Numbered from the stretch's first letter, positions 16,080-24,908 are shown. The stretch: 45,886 nt of DNA from Nitrospirota bacterium (GCA_040758355.1 JBFLWF010000021.1:1-45886); one strand, 5' to 3'. Made by a program: numbers and translations. Notes: generated by a model from the letters alone, not told the origin.

Positions 16080-16679
16080 TTAACTTCCCCATCTCTTAAA
16101 TAGTTCATGCTCCACGCCGAAGCTATCCAGTATCTTCCCTACAATAAAATTCACAATGTCATCCAGGTTTTTCGGCTGATGATAAAAGGCAGGCACAGGC
16201 GGCGCTATCTTTACGCCAAGCCTTGCAAGTTTCAGCATATTTTCGAGGTGTATTGCGCTGAATGGCATTTCACGGGGAGAAAGCAAGAGAGGTCTCCCTT
16301 CTTTTATCACAACATCGGCAGCTCTTTCAATGAGGTTGTTTGCATATCCATTGGCAATGCCCGAAAGGGTTTTCATGGAGCATGGCACAACAAGCATCCC
16401 GTCTGTCTTAAATGAACCGCTCGCTATGGGTGCTTCCATGTATTTATCCTCGTAGAAAAAGAGCCTCTTTGTTTTAAAATATTTCCTCATGATGGCTTCT
16501 GTTTTTTTTGACTGCTGACTTTCTGTTGTCCAGTCTATTCCTGTCTCATCTTTAATTATTGAAAAGGTATTTGACGATATTACGAGATGAACTTCTGAAA
16601 CTTTGAGCAACTCTTCAAGTAGCCTTACACCGAATATCGAGCCGCTTGCGCCTGTTATGGCAAGGATATATCTTTTCAT
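16080..16679 (-). CDS. ubiX: flavin prenyltransferase
   Basis: ITGASG, APIASGS, PCSMKTL, RAADVVIKEGRPL, PREMP, HLENM, PAFYHQP. Confidence 0.96.
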   Translation of the reverse strand: MKRYILAITGASGSIFGVRLLEELLKVSEVHLVISSNTFSIIKDETGIDWTTESQQSKKTEAIMRKYFKTKRLFFYEDKYMEAPIASGSFKTDGMLVVPCSMKTLSGIANGYANNLIERAADVVIKEGRPLLLSPREMPFSAIHLENMLKLARLGVKIAPPVPAFYHQPKNLDDIVNFIVGKILDSFGVEHELFKRWGS

Positions 16680-16737
16680 AGGATTAGTATACTAAAAATG
16701 GTTGAATATTTTTCATCTATCCTATAAAATGGAAATT

Positions 16738-17097
16738 ATGAAAAAGGCGAAAATGAAGTATTATAAAACTGCCCGCATTGATAAAGAGAAAATATCTTCT
16801 GTCAGAAAGAAGATGAAATCCGACCGCACCATGCAGGAAATTGTTAAGATATTCGAAATCATCGGCGGGCCTACAAAGGCGGACATCATATCTGCCCTGT
16901 GTTTCGACGAGATGTGCGCACCCGAGATAGCGGCTGTTATAGGTACAACACGGTCCAACGTTGCCCATCAGGTGAAAACACTGATAGAACTTGGGCTTGT
17001 CAAATCCAGGAGAAAGGGAAGGTACGTCTTTTATTCCCTTGACGCGAAAGGCATAAAATGGGTGTTTGACGAATTCTTAAAGCGCATAAGAAGATGA
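16738..17097 (+). CDS. ArsR/SmtB family transcriptional regulator
   Basis: wHTH pattern EMCAPEIAAVIGTTRSNVAHQVKTLIELGLVKSRRKGRYVFYSLD; TTGAAT-17-TAAAAT (16702-16730) supports a start at 16738. Confidence 0.85.
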   Translation: MKKAKMKYYKTARIDKEKISSVRKKMKSDRTMQEIVKIFEIIGGPTKADIISALCFDEMCAPEIAAVIGTTRSNVAHQVKTLIELGLVKSRRKGRYVFYSLDAKGIKWVFDEFLKRIRR

Positions 17098-17154
17098 CTA
17101 AACATAGCAATTCGCACCCTTGAAACCCCTTATTCCGTTGTGTAATATTAAGAC

Positions 17155-17544
17155 ATGTTTTTACATCTAAAGCGGTTTAAATTATCATCTCTCATGTTTG
17201 CTTTCATTTTGTTGACTGCTTCCGTGATATTTCCCATAATCCACATTCACGCACATGACGAAATATCACACGGATTTAACGCCTCGGAATACTGCACAAT
17301 CGGGCATGAAGGCCATGACAGCAGCCATCATGAAAATCATCCCCATCTAATATCTGGGTCAAGACCAGTTAGCAGGCAAAGCAATTTATTCGAACACTTT
17401 ATTGCCCCGGCAAATACTGCAGTTGCGGATATTCTGTTTTTCGCAGGGAAGCCTCTAAAAACACTCCCATTTCAAAGAAGCCATGTATATTCCAATAACG
17501 GCTTCCTTGCAGAATTCTCAGGTCTCTCACCTCCTTTAAAATAA
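17155..17544 (+). CDS. small His-rich exported/membrane protein, DUF2946-like, C-terminal SPP
   Basis: Hydrophobic N-terminus, HIHAHD..HEGHDSSHHENHPH, ends SGLSPPLK; TTGAAA-17-TAATAT promoter 6 nt before ATG. Confidence 0.7.
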   Translation: MFLHLKRFKLSSLMFAFILLTASVIFPIIHIHAHDEISHGFNASEYCTIGHEGHDSSHHENHPHLISGSRPVSRQSNLFEHFIAPANTAVADILFFAGKPLKTLPFQRSHVYSNNGFLAEFSGLSPPLK

Positions 17545-17594
17545 GGAAGCAATTTTCAGCAGACAGAACGGCATCGCCTTAATGGGAGGGGTAT

Positions 17595-18500
17595 ATGTTG
17601 AAAATCATAATTGCAGTGCTGTCTTTTTTAATGATACCTTTGAATAATGCCATGGGAATAGAAAAAATTCTTTACCAGAAGGATTCCCTTTATCAGCATA
17701 TTGTTGTGCTTGAAGATGCAGTAAAAAGAGAGAGGTTCTACTACAGCAACAAAAGGGAAGGGGTTCAGGGTGGAATCTATATGGACGCACCCGAAAGACT
17801 CCTTTTTGAATATGCCAGGATATCCTTTGTTTCTTTGGCCTTTCTGGACAGGGACCCAAAAGATGTGCTTTTTATCGGCCTCGGATCTGGATCAATGCCG
17901 CAGTACTTTAATAGATACTATCCTGAGGCCAATATCGATATTGTCGAGTTAGACCCTGAAATTGTGGATATAGCGAAAAGATACTTTTATTTCAAAGAAG
18001 GCAGAAATATGAAAATGCATACTACCGACGGGAGGGTATTTATTAAAAGAACACCTAAAAGATATGATGTGATTTTCCTTGATGCTTATCAGGGCGGTGA
18101 TATACCTTTCCACCTCACTACAATTGAGTTCTTGATGGAAGTAAAAGGTAGATTGAAGGAAGGAGGGGTTGTTGTTTCAAATATTCTGTCCCAGTTTAGA
18201 AATAGGTTTTTTGATTCCATGGTTGCGACATACGATAAGGCATTTCCACACTTTTATATATTTAAGGGCAGAAAGTCCAATAATTTTATTTTTATAGCCA
18301 CTAAGAGCAGCATCATGAAAGAAAAGGAAGAGATTTATCAAAGGGCCAGAAAAATTAAGGTGTCCAAAAAAATGGATATAGATTTGCAGGGTATTAGCTG
18401 GACATGCGAATACTGTGATGAATACAGGACTGATGCTAAAGTCCTGACTGATGACTTTGCCCCTGTGAATTTATACAGGCACATGAAAGTTTATGATTAG
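17595..18500 (+). CDS. spermidine-synthase-like class I SAM-binding protein (exported)
   Basis: Signal peptide; SLYQHIVV, VLFIGLGSG, VELDPEIV, DGRVFI, DVIFLDAY, PFHLTTIEF, LTDDFAP. Confidence 0.85.
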   Translation: MLKIIIAVLSFLMIPLNNAMGIEKILYQKDSLYQHIVVLEDAVKRERFYYSNKREGVQGGIYMDAPERLLFEYARISFVSLAFLDRDPKDVLFIGLGSGSMPQYFNRYYPEANIDIVELDPEIVDIAKRYFYFKEGRNMKMHTTDGRVFIKRTPKRYDVIFLDAYQGGDIPFHLTTIEFLMEVKGRLKEGGVVVSNILSQFRNRFFDSMVATYDKAFPHFYIFKGRKSNNFIFIATKSSIMKEKEEIYQRARKIKVSKKMDIDLQGISWTCEYCDEYRTDAKVLTDDFAPVNLYRHMKVYD

Positions 18501-18514
18501 GCATGGGGGAAATT

Positions 18515-19114
18515 ATGCTCATAAAAATAATCGTTTTTATTTGCGGTGCAGTTGTGATGTCCTTTGAGATCCTCGGAAGCAGGGTGCTCGCTCCGAATTT
18601 TGGCAATTCTGTCTTTGTCTGGGGCAGCCTGATAAGCACCTTCCTGGCCGGCCTTTCAGCGGGGTATTATTGGGGCGGGAAGATTGCAGACCTAAACCCC
18701 TCAATCAGGAAGCTGGGTTTGATTATCACTGTCCCTGGATTGCTTTTAGTTGCATTCCCTTTATATGGCACAGCAGTATCGGATTTGGTATTCACGAAAG
18801 ACCCCGGGATAAGATTGGGCCCTCTGCTTGCCTCTATAATACTCTTTTTCATCCCTTCTGTTTTCCTTGGAGCCGTCAGCCCATATACCACAAAGCTCAT
18901 GATCTGCAGCCTCCACACATCTGGTAGAACCATTGGAACTCTTTATGCCCTTTCCACCTTCGGAAGCATTGTAGGAACGCTTTTGACCTCATTCTATCTG
19001 ATTACCATAGCAGGGGTTAAGACATTGATAATGGCTCAGGGAATCCTGTTGATTATAATCTCGATTCCTCTGTTGTTTATGAAATTGGCTTGCAGGCAGG
19101 TGGATTCTGCTTGA
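18515..19114 (+). CDS. membrane protein, N-terminal module of the 'fused MFS/spermidine synthase' family
   Basis: GAVVMSFEILGSRVLAPNFGNSVFVWGSLI, GTLYALSTFGSIVGT; about 6 TM helices. Start 18503 or 18515. Confidence 0.82.
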   Translation: MLIKIIVFICGAVVMSFEILGSRVLAPNFGNSVFVWGSLISTFLAGLSAGYYWGGKIADLNPSIRKLGLIITVPGLLLVAFPLYGTAVSDLVFTKDPGIRLGPLLASIILFFIPSVFLGAVSPYTTKLMICSLHTSGRTIGTLYALSTFGSIVGTLLTSFYLITIAGVKTLIMAQGILLIIISIPLLFMKLACRQVDSA

Positions 19115-19159
19115 CTCAAAAATCTGCAGTTGCTATTTTTAAATTGAACAGGTGTTCAA
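19111..19159 (+). promoter_or_regulatory. promoter and ArsR/SmtB-type operator of the P1B-ATPase gene
   Basis: TTGACT (19111-19116), 17 bp, TGcTATTTT (-19139), then perfect palindrome TTGAACA-GG-TGTTCAA (19144-19159) matching the TGAA-N6-TTCA SmtB/CadC/CzrA core. Confidence 0.75.
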
Positions 19160-19162
19160 CTA

Positions 19163-21256
19163 ATGACCAAGCATGACAACATAAAGACACTTAGCCTTAT
19201 CGTAAAAGGCCTTGATTGCGCTGCATGCGCAGAGAAGATAGAAAAGGCATTGATGCGTCATGAAGGCATTAAAGGTATCACGGTATACCTCGGCGCCGAG
19301 AAGGTGGATATTCAGTTCGACCCGTCAGTAATAAAAGAGAAATCCATTATAGACGCAATTAATAGTCTTGGATACAAGGTCTTAACAGGAAAGGAAGAAG
19401 CCTCAAAAAGATTTTTCTTTGCAAAAGGTGAGTGGACATTTGATCTATTGAGAATAGGGTTTGTATTTCTCCTGATTGTCCTGAGTCTTACCGGAATAAC
19501 AAAGAGGCTTTCACCAAGCGATATTTTTTCAATAATCGCCATTGTAGTCGGAGGTTATCCCCTTATAAAACATGCATACATAGATTTGAGAGAAAAGGCT
19601 ATCACTGCCGATGTCTTTATGGCTCTGGGCGTTGTTGCTGCAGCAGCCATAGGAGAATTTCGCTCTGCCGCAATAATAGCCTTTTTCATGCTCATATCCG
19701 AATTCATCGATTCCTTTACCATGGAGAAATCAAGAAAGGCCATAAAGGATCTAATCGACATGGCGCCCAAAACAGCGAGGGTGAAGAGGGGTGACACAGA
19801 AATAGAAATTCCTGTTGAAGAAGTAAAGAAAGGCGATATTGTTGTTGTTAAGCCGGGAGAAAAAATCCCTGTTGAAGGTGTAATTATTTCAGGTAGAGGC
19901 TCAATAAACCAGGCATCCATTACAGGAGAATCGATACCCATTGAGAAAAGGGAGGGCGACATTGTATATGCAGCAACCATCAATCAACTTGGTGTTTTAT
20001 TCATAAAGGTTACGCATACAGGACAGGATACAACATATGCGAGGATTATAAAGCTCGTTGAGGAGGCAGAGGCATCAAAGGCGCCTGTACAGAGGATAGC
20101 CGACAAGTTTGCAGCATACTTTACACCTGCAATTTTAGCAATTGCAATCATCACATTTTTAATAACATGGAAGATAACAAATGCCATTGCTGTAATTGTT
20201 GTTGCATGTCCATGCACTGTTGCCATAGCAACGCCCCTTGCAGTTGTTGCGAGCATGGGCAAGGCTGCAAAGAAGGGCATTATCATAAAAGGAGGGCGCT
20301 ATCTCGAAGCACTTGCTAAAGTTGATACCATAGTTATGGACAAGACAGGGACAGTCACGATGGGAGACCCTGTTGTGACTGATATAAAGGGCTTTGCAGA
20401 GCATGACGATAAAGAGATAATTTCATGCGCTGCAGGCGTGGAAAGGTATTCAGAGCATCCCCTTGCAAAGGCAATAATTAAAAAGGCGATGGAAATGGGG
20501 ACGGCTGTCCCGGAACCCGATGAATACAGAATTGTTCCTGGGATGGGTATAGAAGCCGTTATAAACGGCAAAAAGATACTCCTCGGAAGCAGGGAGATGT
20601 TGAAAATCTCTGATATAACCCTTCCAGAAGAGACCGAAAGATATATAAATCAGAAAGAAGAAGAAGGAAAGACAGCCCTGCTTTTATCCCATGACAATAT
20701 AGTCTGCGGCGTTATCTGTGTGGCAGACATTATCAGGGAGGGAAGTATTGAAGCCATAAACTCTTTGAAGAAACTTGGATTTGATGAGCCGATTATGCTT
20801 ACTGGTGATAATCCGAGGACAGCCAATGCTATTGCTTCATCTCTTGGAATTAAAAATGTTATGGCCCGGTTACTGCCCGAAGACAAGCTCGATGCCATAA
20901 AAGAATTAGAATCAAGCGGCAGAAAAGTCCTGATGGTTGGAGACGGTATAAACGATGCACCAGCCCTTGCACAGGCGCATGTAGGAATAGCAATGGGCGC
21001 TGTCGGCTCTGATGCGGCAATTGAGGCATCTGATGTTGCATTGATGAGAGATGAGTGGAAGCAGATACCTGAGGCAGTAACGATTGGAAGAAAGACATTC
21101 AGCATCATAAAGCAAAACCTTGCAGTTGGAATAATCTTTAATTTAGTCGGCATCACCCTTGCCTCAACAGGAATACTCTCGCCTGCAATGGCAGCAGTGG
21201 CCCATGTAATGCCCGATGTGCTTGTCTTTTTGAATTCATCGAGGTTGTTGAAGTAA
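19163..21256 (+). CDS. heavy-metal-translocating P1B-type ATPase (Zn/Cd/Pb-like)
   Basis: HMA GLDCAAC, TGES, CPC, DKTGT, SEHP, TGD, GDGINDAP. Confidence 0.95.
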   Translation: MTKHDNIKTLSLIVKGLDCAACAEKIEKALMRHEGIKGITVYLGAEKVDIQFDPSVIKEKSIIDAINSLGYKVLTGKEEASKRFFFAKGEWTFDLLRIGFVFLLIVLSLTGITKRLSPSDIFSIIAIVVGGYPLIKHAYIDLREKAITADVFMALGVVAAAAIGEFRSAAIIAFFMLISEFIDSFTMEKSRKAIKDLIDMAPKTARVKRGDTEIEIPVEEVKKGDIVVVKPGEKIPVEGVIISGRGSINQASITGESIPIEKREGDIVYAATINQLGVLFIKVTHTGQDTTYARIIKLVEEAEASKAPVQRIADKFAAYFTPAILAIAIITFLITWKITNAIAVIVVACPCTVAIATPLAVVASMGKAAKKGIIIKGGRYLEALAKVDTIVMDKTGTVTMGDPVVTDIKGFAEHDDKEIISCAAGVERYSEHPLAKAIIKKAMEMGTAVPEPDEYRIVPGMGIEAVINGKKILLGSREMLKISDITLPEETERYINQKEEEGKTALLLSHDNIVCGVICVADIIREGSIEAINSLKKLGFDEPIMLTGDNPRTANAIASSLGIKNVMARLLPEDKLDAIKELESSGRKVLMVGDGINDAPALAQAHVGIAMGAVGSDAAIEASDVALMRDEWKQIPEAVTIGRKTFSIIKQNLAVGIIFNLVGITLASTGILSPAMAAVAHVMPDVLVFLNSSRLLK

Positions 21257-21958
21257 ATGATTCAGCCGGTTTTTATAGTAGAAGACGATAAAAAGATGGC
21301 TCGTGTTGTAAAGGCATATCTTGAAGGCGCTGGCTTTAGAGTAATGCATTTTGAGAAAGGCAAAGATGCAATAGAATCGGCTTTAAAAGAAACACCGATG
21401 CTCGCAATCCTTGACCTGATGTTGCCTGATATGAGCGGCGAGGAGGTTTTTCAGGAACTCAAAGAAGCAGGCGATTTTCCAATAATTATGCTCACTGCAA
21501 AATCCTCTGAAGAAGAAAGGATTGCAGGTTTTGCCCTCGGAGCGGATGATTATATTGTCAAACCCTTCAGTCCGAGGGAATTAGTTTATAGGGTGAAAGC
21601 ACTTTTAAAGAGGGCGCAGAAGGCAGATCTTTGTGATGCAGAACCCATAAGTTTCAATAACGGTCTTCTAATAATAGACGGACAGAGTTATCAGGTCAAA
21701 AAGAGAGGGGTTTTGGTGAATCTCACACCAACTGAATTTAAAATCCTTTTCATCCTTGCATCTACGCCCAACAAGGTCTTTACAAGGGATGAGCTTGTTG
21801 AAAAGGCACTGGGGTATCAGTTTGAAGGCTATGAAAGAAGCATCGATGCGCACATTAAGAACATCAGGCAAAAGATTGAAGATAACCCTAAAAAACCTGA
21901 ATTCATACTTACCATCTACGGCGTAGGATACAGATTCCGTGGAAAAAGAGATGCGTAA
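21257..21958 (+). CDS. OmpR/PhoB family response regulator
   Basis: VEDD, LDLMLPD, MLTAK, GADDYIVKPFSPREL, LTPTEF, RSIDAHIKNIRQKI, GVGYRF. Confidence 0.95.
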   Translation: MIQPVFIVEDDKKMARVVKAYLEGAGFRVMHFEKGKDAIESALKETPMLAILDLMLPDMSGEEVFQELKEAGDFPIIMLTAKSSEEERIAGFALGADDYIVKPFSPRELVYRVKALLKRAQKADLCDAEPISFNNGLLIIDGQSYQVKKRGVLVNLTPTEFKILFILASTPNKVFTRDELVEKALGYQFEGYERSIDAHIKNIRQKIEDNPKKPEFILTIYGVGYRFRGKRDA

Positions 21959-23300
21959 AAGTCTAAGAATAAAATTTCTCATCCTTCTTTTATCCGTATC
22001 CATCATTGCCCTTCTTGCCGCATTACTCCTCCGTGAACTAATGATAAAGGACTTCAGGGAATATCTGGAAGGCGAGATTGAGGACAGGGTTTATTGGGTA
22101 ATGGCAGACCTTGAGGGTACATATGAAAGATATTCGGGATGGAACAGGGAAGTTATCGGTGAGGATGTGATATGGGCGTTGATGCTGGGTTTTGAGATAA
22201 GAATCGTTGATATTGACGGCAATTTAGTAATGAACACAGAAAAAGCTCTCGGCACACTATCTCCTCTTGTAAAAAAACGTGTGATGTCCATCTCTGAACT
22301 CAGGGCAGCGGAAAAGGGCAGCAGGTTTCTACCTTATCCCCTATTTTTGAAAGGCAAGGAAATCGGCCTCCTCGAAGTAAGATTCCTGAAGCCAAAGAAA
22401 GAGAATGTTTTTATAAAAAGGTCAAACAGGTTTCTTATAATTTCTCTTTTAGGATTGGGTGGTGTTGCTGTCATCCTGAGCATTATTTTTTCGAGGAGAT
22501 TGACAAATCCTATTAAGAGACTTGCCTCTGCTGCTAAAGCCATAAGTGATGGAAATCTCAAAAGCAGGGTTATTGTTTCAGGCAATGATGAGATAAGCGA
22601 ACTATCCGCTACCTTCAATAAAATGTCAAAGACCCTTGATATGCAGGAATCTCTCAGGAAAAAACTTATTTCGAATACTGCCCACGAACTCAGGACGCCT
22701 CTGGGAGCTATAAGGGGAGAGCTTGAAGGAATGATCGATGGCGTGATTCCTATGAACAAAGAACATCTTCAGTCTTTATACGAAGAAACAGGGAGGCTCA
22801 AAAATATCCTTGAGGGGATTGAAGAGCTTTCTCAGGCACAGGCGAGTGCGCTCTCTCTAATAAAGCAGTCAATAGAACTAAAACCATTTTTGAAAAACAT
22901 TGCGGAGAGATTCAGCAAGCTCTTTATTGATAAAGGCATTCTCATCGAACTCCAGTGCGGTAATGAATTAATGATCTATGCCGACCCTGACAGGCTCAGC
23001 CAGATTGTTGTTAATCTTCTAAGCAATGCATTAAAAGCAACAGATAAAGGCGGAAATGTATGGATAAGCGCAGGCATTAAAAATTCAGAGGCATTTATAG
23101 AAGTTGGCGACACAGGACACGGGATAAAAGAGAAAGACCTGCCCTTTATTTTTGAAAGATTTTACAAGACTTCTGGTGAAGGACTTGGTCTCGGCCTCGC
23201 CATTGTTAAAGAGCTTGTAGACGCCCACGAGGGAAGGATAGAGGTGAAGAGCGAATATGGAAAGGGAGCTGTTTTTACAGTGTATATTCCTTCATCTTGA
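21951..23300 (+). CDS. membrane sensor histidine kinase (HAMP, BaeS-like)
   Basis: Two TM segments, HAMP, AHELRTPL, NLLSNALK, DTGHGI, IFERFY, GLGLGLAIV. Confidence 0.95.
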   Translation: MRKSLRIKFLILLLSVSIIALLAALLLRELMIKDFREYLEGEIEDRVYWVMADLEGTYERYSGWNREVIGEDVIWALMLGFEIRIVDIDGNLVMNTEKALGTLSPLVKKRVMSISELRAAEKGSRFLPYPLFLKGKEIGLLEVRFLKPKKENVFIKRSNRFLIISLLGLGGVAVILSIIFSRRLTNPIKRLASAAKAISDGNLKSRVIVSGNDEISELSATFNKMSKTLDMQESLRKKLISNTAHELRTPLGAIRGELEGMIDGVIPMNKEHLQSLYEETGRLKNILEGIEELSQAQASALSLIKQSIELKPFLKNIAERFSKLFIDKGILIELQCGNELMIYADPDRLSQIVVNLLSNALKATDKGGNVWISAGIKNSEAFIEVGDTGHGIKEKDLPFIFERFYKTSGEGLGLGLAIVKELVDAHEGRIEVKSEYGKGAVFTVYIPSS

Positions 23301-23392
23301 TCTTTACAATTTTTCATAATTCCTTCGATGTCCCTTCAAATCTCTTTGATAAGCTGTAATCATAAAATCAAAGAAAAAGGAGGAAGAAGGAA

Positions 23393-23782
23393 ATGAAAAG
23401 AAGCACAGTAGTAACAGTTTTGGTAGCGGCATTAGGGTTGTTCATTGCAGGCGGAGCGTACGCATGGTGGGGTGGTTACGGAATGGGATATCAGGGCGCT
23501 AACCCGGAGGCAGTACAGAATTTCCAGACCGAAACCCTGAGCTTAAGGCAGTCGCTTATGGCAAAGCAGCTTGAACTTCAAAATGAGTATAACAAGCCTG
23601 TCCCTGACACTAACCGCATTGCAACACTCAGGAAGGAGATCATAGACCTTCAGGCAAAGATTCAGGCAGTTGCTGAAAAGTATGGAGTTAGCGGCCCAAT
23701 GGGTGGTCATATGGGCGGCATGATGATGGGCAGAGGCATGATGGGATCAGGAATGTGCGGTTGCCCTATGTGCAGTTGGTAG
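23393..23782 (+). CDS. periplasmic ZraP/Spy/CpxP-like protein with Met/Gly/Cys-rich tail
   Basis: Signal peptide (AYA), helical hairpin LRQSLMAKQLEL...PDTNRIATLRKEI, tail MGGHMGGMMMGRGMMGSGMCGCPMCSW; strong RBS. Confidence 0.8.
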   Translation: MKRSTVVTVLVAALGLFIAGGAYAWWGGYGMGYQGANPEAVQNFQTETLSLRQSLMAKQLELQNEYNKPVPDTNRIATLRKEIIDLQAKIQAVAEKYGVSGPMGGHMGGMMMGRGMMGSGMCGCPMCSW

Positions 23783-23804
23783 GGTTTGGCACAGAGTATT
23801 GCTT

Positions 23805-23843
23805 CAAGGAGGGCAGGGCATATTCCGCTCCTTGCCCTCCTTG
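23805..23843. other. GC-rich intergenic hairpin (terminator or mRNA stabiliser)
   Basis: CAAGGAGGGCAGGG ... CCTTGCCCTCCTTG, 14-bp stem with one G.U; no clear U-tract. Confidence 0.55.
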
Positions 23844-23874
23844 CCCGGATGAAAAAGTGAGAGCTGGTTATAAG

Positions 23875-24204
23875 ATGAAAAAGTTTGTTTTATTAATTTT
23901 TATTGCATTCTTTTTTATTTCGGCATTGCCTGCTCAGGCAATGAACGGCTGGGATAAGAGTCATCCCTATGGATGGTATTGTCCGGGGCCTGGATGGGGG
24001 GGGTACGGTGCGAAAAAGGCGGTCAAGAGTACAAAGGATGCACGGAAGATATTGAATGAATATTTTAAAAATCAGGATGTGGTTATAGGTAGCATCGAAG
24101 AACGTGAATGGTTTTTTGAGGCGGATATTAAAGATAAAAACAATAATTTGATAGATGTGGTGATAGTAGACAAAAGGACAGGCAGAATAAGATCAATATA
24201 TTAG
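23875..24204 (+). CDS. small exported PepSY-like protein
   Basis: Signal peptide MKKFVLL..AQA; C-terminal FEADIKD...VIVDKRTGRI pattern. Confidence 0.7.
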   Translation: MKKFVLLIFIAFFFISALPAQAMNGWDKSHPYGWYCPGPGWGGYGAKKAVKSTKDARKILNEYFKNQDVVIGSIEEREWFFEADIKDKNNNLIDVVIVDKRTGRIRSIY

Positions 24205-24206
24205 CC

Positions 24207-24473
24207 GTGGAGGCAGATATGATGCGCAATTGGATGTGGGGAGATTGGATGCATGGATACGGTATGGGCTGGGGATGGTTCGGATTCATCTTTATGATAG
24301 CCTTCTGGGTGCTGGTAATTTTAGGGATTGTCTATCTCGTGAAGGCAATTGCCGGTAGAGGCGCAGCTTCTTCTAAAGAAGAAACTGCCCTTGATATTCT
24401 CAAGAAGAGATATGCAAAAGGTGAAATAGATGCAGAAGAGTTTGCAAGGAAGAAAAGGGATTTAGAGTCTTAG
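24207..24473 (+). CDS. SHOCT-domain membrane protein
   Basis: Met/Trp/Gly-rich N-terminus, one TM, ALDILKKRYAKGEIDAEEF. Confidence 0.88.
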   Translation: MEADMMRNWMWGDWMHGYGMGWGWFGFIFMIAFWVLVILGIVYLVKAIAGRGAASSKEETALDILKKRYAKGEIDAEEFARKKRDLES

Positions 24474-24545
24474 CCGCACAATAATTGTAGAAAATGTTCA
24501 TGGAGTTGATTTATGCACCAGAGATTCGGTAGTATTGCTTATACC

Positions 24546-24908
24546 ATGATGTCAAGAAGATTGCTTATATTATTTATACTTGTTGTCTATACCTTCATCC
24601 CCTCTGTTCACAGTATAGCCTGTGATGAGCATGTATCGCCATCCCATGGAAGAGTGATTGACATCAGCTATAAAAACCTTCCACAAACAAATGTGACATT
24701 CTCTATAACCGACACTGATAGACATGATGATAAACCATCTACTAAAAACGAAGCTGCCGATTGTTGCTCTACATGTTGTAATACTATCGGAGGGATTAGT
24801 TCTCACAATTACAACACTATCTTTATATCAGTCTCTTTAGTCCCCAAACCAGTGTTTATTGCCTTTTTAGAACCTGTGTTTTCAATCAACAAACCGCCTC
24901 AAAATTAA
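24546..24908 (+). CDS. small exported protein with CCxxCC and C-terminal KPP (DUF2946/CzcI-like)
   Basis: Signal-like N-terminus, ACDEH, DCCSTCC, ends INKPPQN; directly upstream of czcCBA. Start 24513, 24546 or 24549. Confidence 0.65.
   Translation: MMSRRLLILFILVVYTFIPSVHSIACDEHVSPSHGRVIDISYKNLPQTNVTFSITDTDRHDDKPSTKNEAADCCSTCCNTIGGISSHNYNTIFISVSLVPKPVFIAFLEPVFSINKPPQN

Noticed and set aside
16703..16715. TGAA-N5-TTCA upstream of arsR as an autoregulatory operator
   Set aside because: Spacing is 5, not 6 as in the 19144 palindrome; better explained as the -35 element.
23755..23874. N-terminal extension of the PepSY-like ORF containing CPPCP
   Set aside because: It overlaps the upstream gene and the intergenic hairpin; the signal peptide starts at ATG 23875.
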